NCBI GenBank assembly: GCA_964505155.1
Contig: CAZDGL010000003.1
Coordinates: forward strand, 5,728 to 69,727
DNA from: an uncultured Candidatus Saccharibacteria bacterium
Lineage (GTDB): Bacteria; Patescibacteriota; Minisyncoccia; Phycocordibacterales; UBA9973
DNA length: 64,000 bases
Reading direction: 5' to 3'
Position numbers and translations under genes: made by a program. Positions 18,029 to 25,749 of the stretch are shown here, piece by piece. The notes under the pieces are model-generated. The model made no database searches and was not told the origin of the DNA. It was given only the letters and a program-made list of their open reading frames with translations. Numbering within the stretch: the first letter of the stretch is position 1; each line of letters starts with the position of its first letter.

Positions 18029-18934
18029 ATGAATCAGAAAAAATACAAAAAAATAAATTTAATTGTTATTCTAGTTTTAGGTATTTTTCTCTTACCTTTT
18101 AAAGTCGCCACAGCTTCTTTACTCGAGTTTTCTGCTTTGGAAAAAGTCTCTGTCAATGAAAAATTTTATTTAGATATTTTGGTTGATCCAGAATCTCAAA
18201 GTATAAACTCAGTCGGGGCATCTGTTCTTTTTGATCCAGAACTATTCACATATTTAGGATTTAGTTCGAAGCAAAGCAGTATCCCTGTTTGGGTAGAAGA
18301 GCCAAAACAAGAAAAACTAGGAACTATAAAATTTTCAGGAGTTATCCCAGGAGGTATAGAAAGAATCTATGATCCACTAAACACAGGACAAAGATCAATC
18401 CCTATCGTGAGATTGTTTTTTGCAGGTAAACAAGAAGGTTATGGAACCTTTACTTTTTCTGATGCTGTAGTTTTGAAAAATGACGGGCTAGGAACTACGA
18501 CTAAACTATCAGTAAAGAGCAAGTCTGTTTCAGTTACAAAAGGAAATTCTCTAAATGATGCTCAAAAAGATTTGGTTAACCCAGAGCCTTTTTCTATAAA
18601 GATAATAGAGCGATCTATCTTTGGGAGGTCTCCAAGGCTTGCCGTTTTTTCTTCAAATGATGAGGGGGGCGGTATAGAGCGTTATGAAGTCTCTATTTCA
18701 GGGGGTCCTTTTAAAATCTCTTCCAGCCCCGTTCCTTTGCCGTATAAATTGTTCTCATATGAGTTTATTGTTAGAGCTTATGATTATTCGGGTAATTTTA
18801 GAGAGCAAAAGATTTTGGTCTCCGGAGAGAAGATTTATGGCGCTGGTGGCATCATAGTTATTTTTATACTGATTCTTGGCTTTATTCGTTATAAATTTTA
18901 TAATAAGAAGAGGATAAACAATGAAAAGATTTAG
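18029..18934 (+). CDS. Membrane-anchored cohesin-like domain protein 1
   Basis: Signal peptide. The N-domain (FYLDILVDPESQSINSVGASVLFDPELFTYLGF...GTFTFSDAVVLKNDGLGT) fits the cohesin beta-sandwich pattern (F.v.V......i......yDP..l..........F.F......dG). C-terminal TM helix GGIIVIFILILGFI. Confidence 0.5.
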   Translation: MNQKKYKKINLIVILVLGIFLLPFKVATASLLEFSALEKVSVNEKFYLDILVDPESQSINSVGASVLFDPELFTYLGFSSKQSSIPVWVEEPKQEKLGTIKFSGVIPGGIERIYDPLNTGQRSIPIVRLFFAGKQEGYGTFTFSDAVVLKNDGLGTTTKLSVKSKSVSVTKGNSLNDAQKDLVNPEPFSIKIIERSIFGRSPRLAVFSSNDEGGGIERYEVSISGGPFKISSSPVPLPYKLFSYEFIVRAYDYSGNFREQKILVSGEKIYGAGGIIVIFILILGFIRYKFYNKKRINNEKI

Positions 18935-20003
18935 TTTATTTTTATTTCTGAGCTTAGCTTTGGCTTCATGCAAAGCCTCTTTTGCTAGTGAAAATTTTAT
19001 AATAAGTGTACCCAATAGAGATATAAGAGTTGGTGAAAGTTTTCCTGTCACTGTTTTTGTTAGTAGTAACTCTCAAGCGATGAATGCTGTTTCTGGTACT
19101 TTGCAAGCCTCAGGAGGGCTAAGTGTTGGCGGTGTCTCTAAACAAAGCAGTATTGTTGATTTTTGGACTATAGAACCACAAATCTTTGGTAGTCAGATTA
19201 AGTTTGAAGGAGTTGTCTTAAACCCAGGTTTTCAAGGTCAAAGCGGAAAACTCTTTACTATCAACTTTTTAGCCCGCAAAGAAGGTAATGCCTTACTTTC
19301 TTTTTCAGACGGAGCTATCCTCGCAAATGATGGTTTAGGGAGCAATATTATAGACTCTCTTTCATCAAAGAGTGTAAAGATAGTCGCAGGTGCTCCTGTT
19401 ATTGTTGATCAGATACCTAGAGCTCCTATTGCCGTGGATAAACCTTTAGTCCCAACAAAACTATCAGCTCTTCCTGTTATCACAGAATACTCTCAGGTTG
19501 TTGATTCTTCTGGCCGGGCATTTATCAAAGGTAGAGGTGAGCCCAATGCTATAACAAAACTATCTTTCAAAGATACTTCAGCTAAAAGTTTGGGTGAACA
19601 GTTTATCATTGCATTACAAACCAAAAAACAAAAACCAACAGAAGCTCTTGTAAAAAACGATAATCAAGGTGTATTTCAGTACATATCATCCAACAACCTA
19701 GTTGCTGGAGCTTATAACGTTACACCATTTTTGGTTGAAGAAGATAATCAAACCCAGAAACCTGGTTTCGGAGTTCAGCTTTTAGTCAATAACAGTAAAA
19801 TGGTACGTTGGTTGGTTGTGCTTATAAATGTCCTAGCTCTGCTTATTCCTATTGTTTGTTTGGGTGTTATTGTTTACTTTATCCCTTGGTACTCAAGACT
19901 TAGAATGAAAATCCTTAATCATAAGATAAAACTTGAAGATGAGAAACTAACTCTTACAGAAAAACAACTCAAAAAAGAAGAATCTTCAACCGAGCAAACA
20001 TAG
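18921..20003 (+). CDS. Membrane-anchored cohesin-like domain protein 2 (paralog of 18029 N-domain)
   Basis: Signal peptide. The N-domain (FPVTVFVSSNSQAMNAVSGTLQASGGLSVGG...ALLSFSDGAILANDGLGS) is paralogous to the previous gene. C-terminal TM (WLVVLINVLALLIPIVCLGVIVYFI) plus short cytoplasmic coiled coil. Overlaps the previous gene by 14 nt. Confidence 0.5.
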   Translation: MKRFSLFLFLSLALASCKASFASENFIISVPNRDIRVGESFPVTVFVSSNSQAMNAVSGTLQASGGLSVGGVSKQSSIVDFWTIEPQIFGSQIKFEGVVLNPGFQGQSGKLFTINFLARKEGNALLSFSDGAILANDGLGSNIIDSLSSKSVKIVAGAPVIVDQIPRAPIAVDKPLVPTKLSALPVITEYSQVVDSSGRAFIKGRGEPNAITKLSFKDTSAKSLGEQFIIALQTKKQKPTEALVKNDNQGVFQYISSNNLVAGAYNVTPFLVEEDNQTQKPGFGVQLLVNNSKMVRWLVVLINVLALLIPIVCLGVIVYFIPWYSRLRMKILNHKIKLEDEKLTLTEKQLKKEESSTEQT

Positions 20004-20039
20004 TAGAGTTTTGTTGTGATACAATATTTATATAAATAT

Positions 20040-21119
20040 ATGCTTCGATCTTTTTTGCTAACCCTTTTTATCTTTCTCTCTTTCACTTCTTTGGTAAGTG
20101 CCAATGTTCTTACTCCTGATCAGCGCTCTTGGCTGACCAGTCACAAAAACACTTTACTCGTTAGGCCAGAGCGCAATTATCCTCCTTTTTCTTTTTTATC
20201 TTCTTCTACTAGCGCTAGACCCAAAGGCCTTGCTGTTGACTACTTAGACCTTGTCGCAAAAAAGGTTGGAGCAGTTGCTACTTTCTTAGAACCAAGATCT
20301 CGAAGTGCTATTTTATCTGATATAAAATCAGGCAAAGAAGGTATTGTACTTGCTATATCAGAATCCGCTGATAGGTCTGACTATATGTACTTTTCTGAAC
20401 CCTTTATATCCTTACCAGCGGTTATTGTGACAAGAAAGGATTTTAAACATTCAAAAGATCTAACTTTGGCTGATTTTGAAGCTAAACAAGTAGCTGTAAC
20501 AGGTGGCTATGAAGCTTTTGATTATATAAAAGATAATTATCCAAAAATAATTTTAGAGTCTGTCTCTGACGACGAAGTCGCTCTCCAAAAGCTTCTCCTC
20601 GGAGAGGTAGATGCTGCCGTTATGGATCTAGCATCACTGTCATACTATACCAGCAAGGATGTGCTCTCTTATGTATCTGTTGGTGGGCAAACTGGTTTTG
20701 AGTACAACCTCTCTTTTGCAGTCCCAAAAACAATGCCAGAAATGGTTACTATTTTAAATGCGGGACTTAAAGAAATAACCCCAACAGAAAAAATCATAAT
20801 CTCTGATCGATGGATAACTTTTGAAGAAAATAGAGAAGATAAAACTCAAAAAGTTTTTGGTATTTTACAAAGTCCTTTTTGGATTTCTGTCAGTATCTTG
20901 GCTATAGTTATCATCATCGTTTTATTGACACTGATAATTGTTCACTCTAGAAGGCATCATAGATATCACCTTGCTAGCCTCAAGAGAACTCAAGAGCTTG
21001 CTGAGCTCAAAAATGAACTTTCGCGTTTGGAAGGTGCTAGTGATACCTTGGAACAAAATTTAGAAGAAATAGACTCGCTCAAAAGAGCTGTAGAGGAGAA
21101 AATAGAGCATATAAACTAA
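20040..21119 (+). CDS. Tethered Venus-flytrap (SBP_bac_3-like solute-binding) domain protein with C-terminal TM and coiled coil, paralog 1
   Basis: Signal peptide. Motifs LLVRPERNYPPFSF and GEVDAAVMDLASLSYYT are typical of family-3 periplasmic binding domains; followed by a TM helix and Leu-heptad tail. The ORF-track start at 20016 is GTG; ATG at 20040 begins the signal peptide. Confidence 0.6.
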   Translation: MLRSFLLTLFIFLSFTSLVSANVLTPDQRSWLTSHKNTLLVRPERNYPPFSFLSSSTSARPKGLAVDYLDLVAKKVGAVATFLEPRSRSAILSDIKSGKEGIVLAISESADRSDYMYFSEPFISLPAVIVTRKDFKHSKDLTLADFEAKQVAVTGGYEAFDYIKDNYPKIILESVSDDEVALQKLLLGEVDAAVMDLASLSYYTSKDVLSYVSVGGQTGFEYNLSFAVPKTMPEMVTILNAGLKEITPTEKIIISDRWITFEENREDKTQKVFGILQSPFWISVSILAIVIIIVLLTLIIVHSRRHHRYHLASLKRTQELAELKNELSRLEGASDTLEQNLEEIDSLKRAVEEKIEHIN

Positions 21120-21165
21120 GTGTTGATTTTATAGCTCTAAACACGCTACAATACCTTATATCAAC

Positions 21166-22266
21166 ATGTCTAAACTCAGCAATTTCCTTCTAGCCACATT
21201 TTTAGCTATTTTATGTTTTGGGTTCTATTTTGACCAAGTAGCTTTTGCTGAAAATTCTATTTTAACTCAAGAGCAAAGTTCTTGGCTTAGTAAAAGAAAT
21301 AATACTATTTTGATCCGACCAGAGCGTAACTATCCTCCTTTTGTTTTTTCTGTACAAAACGGGCTTTCAAATGTCATTCAAGGTTTGGGCGTTGATTATT
21401 TGGAATTAATCACAAAAAAGATAGGAGCCAAGGTTCAATACTTCGAACCAACACAGCTTTCAAATATTTTGTCTTCTTTTAAAGAAGGTAAAGAAGGTGT
21501 AGCAATTGCCCTTACTAAAACAGCTGAAAGAGAAGAGTATTTGTACTTTACAAAGTCTTTTATAAGCATTCCCGCAGTTATCGTAGCCAGAAAAGATAGC
21601 AACTTATCGCAGGGCGATACTTCTTTAGCTGATTTGTCAGGCAAGGTTGTTGCTGTTGGCAAGGCTCATGCTGTTGAATCATATATCAAAAGTTCTTATC
21701 CTAATATAGTTTTAGATTCTTTACCAGATGACGAGGTTTCTCTCCAAAAGCTCCTCCTTGGAGAGGTAGATGCTGCCGTCATGGATTTGGCATCACTGTC
21801 ATACTATACCAATAATCAGGCGCTTTCATATGTGTCTGTAGTTGGTCAAGCTAATTTCAACTACAATCTATCTTTTGCTATTTCAAAGAAAAATAAAGAA
21901 CTTCAAAATATTTTTGATACTGCTCTTGGTACAGTAACTCCACAAGAAGCATCAGCACTGAGAGATAAATGGATTACACTAAAAGATGTCTCAATCGTAA
22001 AGTCAGAACCTACTAGTTTATTTAAAAATCCGATATTTGTAGTAGTCGTATCTATACTAATCATATTTTTTATTTTATCTACCTCTGTTTTCTTATCTTT
22101 TTTAAAGAAAATACAAACTCTTTTGGCTCAAAATTTAAAATTTAATAAAAATAAAAATGAGATAGAAAGTAAATTAGAAAGCTTAGAAAATGCAAAAGCT
22201 ATGATTAAAAAAGAACTTGAACATATTGACGAGCTAGAAAATAATCTTAAAGATACTTTGGACTAA
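21166..22266 (+). CDS. Tethered Venus-flytrap (SBP_bac_3-like) domain protein, paralog 2
   Basis: Same architecture and shared motifs (ILIRPERNYPPFVF; GEVDAAVMDLASLSYYT) as the preceding gene; tandem paralogs. Confidence 0.6.
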   Translation: MSKLSNFLLATFLAILCFGFYFDQVAFAENSILTQEQSSWLSKRNNTILIRPERNYPPFVFSVQNGLSNVIQGLGVDYLELITKKIGAKVQYFEPTQLSNILSSFKEGKEGVAIALTKTAEREEYLYFTKSFISIPAVIVARKDSNLSQGDTSLADLSGKVVAVGKAHAVESYIKSSYPNIVLDSLPDDEVSLQKLLLGEVDAAVMDLASLSYYTNNQALSYVSVVGQANFNYNLSFAISKKNKELQNIFDTALGTVTPQEASALRDKWITLKDVSIVKSEPTSLFKNPIFVVVVSILIIFFILSTSVFLSFLKKIQTLLAQNLKFNKNKNEIESKLESLENAKAMIKKELEHIDELENNLKDTLD

Positions 22267-22302
22267 GTATTTTTTACTGACATTTTTATAGTAAATGAAC
22301 TT

Positions 22303-22378
22303 TGAGCCACTTGTCAGACTTGAAAGACCTTCGCTTTACCCACTTACGCTTCAGTGGACAGGCGTCAGCGTTGCTCTG
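22303..22378 (-). pseudogene. Degenerate tRNA-Thr copy (anticodon-arm region disrupted, 5' half missing)
   Basis: The reverse complement aligns to tRNA-Thr positions ~22-76 (GAGCAACGCT...AGCGAAGGTC..TTCAAGTCTGACAAGTGGCTCA). It carries a ~28-nt stem-loop insertion in place of the anticodon loop and a 5-nt deletion in the T-stem. There is no complementary 5' acceptor strand. Confidence 0.45.
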
Positions 22379-22395
22379 TTTAGATTAATTTTTTG

Positions 22396-22468
22396 AGCCG
22401 CTTGTCAGACTTGAACTGACGACCTTCGCTTTACAAAAGCGTTGCTCTACCAACTGAGCTAAAGCGGC
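22396..22468 (-). tRNA. tRNA-Thr (anticodon UGU)
   Basis: Reverse complement GCCGCTTTAGCTCAGTTGGTAGAGCAACGCTTTTGTAAAGCGAAGGTCGTCAGTTCAAGTCTGACAAGCGGCT folds as a canonical cloverleaf: 7-bp acceptor, GCTC/GAGC D-stem, anticodon loop TTTGTAA, GTCAG/CTGAC T-stem with TTCAAGT loop. Confidence 0.85.
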
Positions 22469-22473
22469 GATTG

Positions 22474-22494
22474 TGGCTCCAAAATTTGGAGCCA
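22474..22494. other. Perfect palindrome tggctccaaa-a-tttggagcca (hairpin) downstream of gene 22508-22897 (-) and upstream of tRNA-Thr
   Basis: The two 10-nt arms are exact reverse complements. There is no flanking T-run, so terminator function is uncertain. Confidence 0.3.
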
Positions 22495-22507
22495 ACTGAC
22501 TTACATT

Positions 22508-22897
22508 TTACACGTTTTTTGTTTTTCGTCTAGCTTTTTTCTTTCCACCATCTGGGGCATTTATCTTGTCTTTATTTTCGGAGATACTCATTAGAAAATA
22601 AGATGATGGTCCATGCTCAAGCCCTGCTAGTTCGTCTTTGGGCTCAAAGACTGTTTTGGCTTTGGGGAATACATAGAAAAATGCTTTGGCTATGATTTTG
22701 GTCATAAAACCTCTCAATCTTTTTGTGATCCTAAGGATTAAAAACCAAGCTTTTCTAAAACTTCTAGCATACTTGTTGGATATTTGCTCTAGCTCTTTTT
22801 CTGATTCTTTTTTGTGATGTTCTTTGAAAATAACAAACATGACAAGAAGCCAAAGAGCAAGTAGGGAAATGATAAGAGCAAATATTTTTCCAATCAT
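22508..22897 (-). CDS. Small membrane protein, hypothetical
   Basis: ATG start; N-terminal TM helix (IFALIISLLALWLLVMFVIF) and basic C-terminus. Confidence 0.45.
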   Translation of the reverse strand: MIGKIFALIISLLALWLLVMFVIFKEHHKKESEKELEQISNKYARSFRKAWFLILRITKRLRGFMTKIIAKAFFYVFPKAKTVFEPKDELAGLEHGPSSYFLMSISENKDKINAPDGGKKKARRKTKNV

Positions 22898-22901
22898 ATC
22901 T

Positions 22902-23681
22902 TTAGCCTAGAGTGTAGAGCTTAAAAGAAACTACTTCTGCGCCTGCGTTTTGAGCCATCTTTCCAACTGTTATTTCTGGGTTTTTGAAAAATGGTTGATC
23001 AAGGAGTGTTTGTTCTTTGAAGTATCCAGATATCTTTCCTTCCATCATCTTAGTTTTGATATCTTCTGGTTTACCACTTTCGTCTACTTCTTTTTTCAAA
23101 ACTTCTATCACAGCTTCTCTGTCAGATTCTTTTATATCTGTAGCTTGTAGATATGTAGGCTTCATAGCACTAGCGTGCATAGCGATATCTTTGGCTACTT
23201 CAGCGTTACCACCTTTAAGTACAACCACAGAAGCGCTTTTGCCGTTGAAGTGAATGTAAGATCCAATAGTTTCTCCAGAATACTCATCTATTGTTCCGAG
23301 CTGAATATTTTCTCCAGTTTTTAGAACCGCATCGTTAATAAAGGCAGATGATGCTTCCTTAGCCTTCTCTGTGCCTTCACTCCAAGCGCTAGAGAGGATA
23401 GCTTCTCCACAGTCTATGAAGCCTTGGTTTTGAGCCACAAAGTCTGTTTCGCAGTTTAGGGTTACCACTACCGCCTTACCGCCTTCGTTTTTGATAAATA
23501 CTCGTCCATCTACAGCACTTCGGTCTGACTTTTTCTCAGCCATTTCGCTACCTTTTTTGCGTAGGATTATCAAAGCCTTTTCCATATCTCCACCAGCTTC
23601 TTCTAGTGCCTTGCGACATTGCATAACTGATACACTTGTTTTGTCTCGGAGTTCTTTTACTTGTTCTGTTGTGATTGTCAT
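22902..23681 (-). CDS. tsf: Elongation factor Ts
   Basis: N-terminus MTITTEQVKELRDKTSVSVMQCRKALEEAGGDMEKA is the conserved EF-Ts UBA-like start; located downstream of rpsB in the classic rpsB-tsf arrangement. Confidence 0.85.
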   Translation of the reverse strand: MTITTEQVKELRDKTSVSVMQCRKALEEAGGDMEKALIILRKKGSEMAEKKSDRSAVDGRVFIKNEGGKAVVVTLNCETDFVAQNQGFIDCGEAILSSAWSEGTEKAKEASSAFINDAVLKTGENIQLGTIDEYSGETIGSYIHFNGKSASVVVLKGGNAEVAKDIAMHASAMKPTYLQATDIKESDREAVIEVLKKEVDESGKPEDIKTKMMEGKISGYFKEQTLLDQPFFKNPEITVGKMAQNAGAEVVSFKLYTLG

Positions 23682-23849
23682 TTTATATATCTTTAAACAC
23701 TACCTCAATATATTTTTCGAAGTACACGCATAAATTTCTGATGAAATTTTGCTCTGCTCGGCTCAGTCAGCCTGCGCAAGGTACTTCTCAAAACATATTT
23801 TCGTTCGTGTCCTAATTTACTTTATAAACTTTATAACTTTACAAACTTT

Positions 23850-24527
23850 CTACTTACTAAATGCGTCTTTAAGTATACCAAGAACTGCTGAAATACTAGA
23901 AGCACTACTATCGTTAGCGATGATAGGGTAGGAAATAGCGCGGATAGAACAGTCAGTGTTGCCGATAGCAACTACAGGCACGCCAACTTTGCGAGCTTCA
24001 GCTATAGCGATGTGTTCTTTTTTTGTGTCTACTATTACTACAGCCTCAGGCATTTTTGTAAGACCTGTGAGACCGCTAAAGTATTTGTTCAAACGATCCA
24101 TTTCTCGGTTTAGAAGGATTTGTTCCTTTTTGGTGTATTTATCAAAGCCACCACTTGTGCGTTCTTCTTTGAGTTCTTCAAGGCGAGAAATTCTTCTTTT
24201 GATTTCTGGGAAGTTTGTAAGTATTCCACCGATCCATCTCTCTGTGACATATGGCATTTTGAGGGATTGTGCTACTTCCATCACAATCTTGCGAGCTTCT
24301 GGTTTGACACCTACAAAGAGCACTGTTTTGCCAGCACTTCCGAGTTCACTCAGGAAGTTTGCCGCCGCTTCCATCATAGGAGCAGTCTTTTCGAGATCGA
24401 TAATATCTACACCACCTTTTGTTCCATATAGAAATGGAGTAACACTAGGGTGACGACGAGTACGTGAGTATCCATAATGGACACCCGAGTCCATAAGAGG
24501 ACTAAGTGATAGTTCTTTTTTTGACAT
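23850..24527 (-). CDS. rpsB: 30S ribosomal protein S2
   Basis: GVHYGY..RR..P...PFLYG.K.GVDIIDLEKT matches the conserved S2 N-terminus; 225 aa. Confidence 0.9.
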   Translation of the reverse strand: MSKKELSLSPLMDSGVHYGYSRTRRHPSVTPFLYGTKGGVDIIDLEKTAPMMEAAANFLSELGSAGKTVLFVGVKPEARKIVMEVAQSLKMPYVTERWIGGILTNFPEIKRRISRLEELKEERTSGGFDKYTKKEQILLNREMDRLNKYFSGLTGLTKMPEAVVIVDTKKEHIAIAEARKVGVPVVAIGNTDCSIRAISYPIIANDSSASSISAVLGILKDAFSK

Positions 24528-24633
24528 AAAATCTGTTTACAGGTTTTCCCCAAAAGGGTACTTACCTTACTTTGGTTGCCCAAAGCCTACTCTCTTTTAG
24601 TAGGTTTACTGAATAATTGCATCCTTTTACTTG

Positions 24634-24648
24634 TCCGCCTTGGGCGGA
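24634..24648. repeat. GC-rich palindromic hairpin TCCGCC-TTG-GGCGGA (core 13-mer CCGCCTTGGGCGG), copy 1, in the rpsB 5' leader
   Basis: The identical 13-mer recurs at 57184-57196. It is GC-rich in an AT-rich intergenic context. Confidence 0.6.
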
Positions 24649-24697
24649 AGGACGTTTCAATCTAACATTTCCAAGCCATTTTGGCAAGGCAAACTCT

Positions 24698-24725
24698 TTG
24701 ACAAAGTAACATTCTAATGTAGTAT
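24698..24725 (+). promoter_or_regulatory. Candidate sigma70-like promoter (TTGACA-16-TAGTAT) for gene 24744
   Basis: ttgaca at 24698-24703 and tagtat at 24720-24725; start codon 19 nt downstream. Confidence 0.35.
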
Positions 24726-24743
24726 TATTAAAAAATAAAAACA

Positions 24744-25265
24744 ATGAGTACAGACCTTTTAATGAAGGAAGAAAAAGTAGTTAGCATAAAAGAGTCAGAA
24801 AGATATGACTTATCAACTTTCTATCGTTTTGATGAAGTTGTCAATGGGGTTTATTTTTCTGCTAATTTTAAAGCCGTCATATTAGCCGCAACTGCAACAT
24901 CAAGTTTTAGCTCAATAGATCATGTTGCAAGCTCAATTCGTGTGATGGCAAATGAAAAGACAATTATGGCAAGAGATGTCTTTTTATTAAGTAATGATGA
25001 CCTTGTTTCCAGGCATGGGCGCATATGCGCCAAAGAAAGATTAAGTGTTGTTGCTTCACTTGTCTCTGAACAACTCAATGGTGAGCCCGGGGTATTAAGA
25101 GTCACCGGTGATCGAAACCACATTGGAATCTTCAGATTAGGTGACCGTGAAGAATATTTGGCATTTGTATACTGGAACATTAATCTTAAATCTTGGTGCT
25201 TTGATAGTTTTAGTGTGGAAGAATACAAAGCAGATCCTAGTTTATGGTTATTTTTTCTTTTTTAA
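24744..25265 (+). CDS. Hypothetical cytoplasmic protein
   Basis: ATG start, 173 aa, no recognisable motifs. Confidence 0.45.
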   Translation: MSTDLLMKEEKVVSIKESERYDLSTFYRFDEVVNGVYFSANFKAVILAATATSSFSSIDHVASSIRVMANEKTIMARDVFLLSNDDLVSRHGRICAKERLSVVASLVSEQLNGEPGVLRVTGDRNHIGIFRLGDREEYLAFVYWNINLKSWCFDSFSVEEYKADPSLWLFFLF

Positions 25266-25425
25266 TTTCAAACAAAAAACTACACGCCTAAAAGCTTGTC
25301 AAAAACAGGCTTTTTTATTACCCAAAATATGTGATTTGATAAAGAGAGATGATTGACTATTTATATAAAATATGCTCTAATATATAAGATAATCAAATTG
25401 TACAAAACCTTGAAAATATTAAAAT

Positions 25426-25650
25426 ATGAAAAGCAAAAAACAGTTTTTATTTAAACAAAGGAAAGCATATATAATTATTGTTTTGTTGACAATTATTTGC
25501 ACACTTTGTGTTTGTGTAAAGTTGTTATTTAATCCGACATGGATACTATGGCATATGGCTATTGCTAGCATATTTGGATCTGTTATTTGTTTATTGATTT
25601 TTTTACCAATGCTTAAGGCATTAAAATCTGATATTAATCAAATGTCTTAA
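25426..25650 (+). CDS. Small two-TM membrane protein, hypothetical
   Basis: Two hydrophobic helices in 74 aa; followed by a terminator. Confidence 0.4.
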   Translation: MKSKKQFLFKQRKAYIIIVLLTIICTLCVCVKLLFNPTWILWHMAIASIFGSVICLLIFLPMLKALKSDINQMS

Positions 25651-25671
25651 GTAATTAGTCGTTACGTTAAA

Positions 25672-25697
25672 GGCCTGCGCAAAGCGGGCTTTTTTTA
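25672..25697 (+). terminator. Rho-independent terminator
   Basis: Hairpin gcctgc-gcaaa-gcgggc followed by ttttttt; a second small GC hairpin cccgc-ccta-gcggg follows at ~25702-25716. Confidence 0.6.
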
Positions 25698-25749
25698 TTG
25701 CCTCCCGCCCTAGCGGGACACGTCAAAATATGCGATTATGTAGGTACTT

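Noticed and set aside
22303-22378. Second tRNA gene (intron-containing or split tRNA) next to tRNA-Thr
   Set aside because: No sequence complementary to the 3' acceptor strand exists for a 5' half; the T-stem carries a deletion. Interpreted as a degraded partial copy.
23956-24453. 165-aa and 103-aa plus-strand ORFs antisense to rpsB
   Set aside because: Fully embedded antisense to a highly conserved ribosomal protein gene; typical shadow ORFs.
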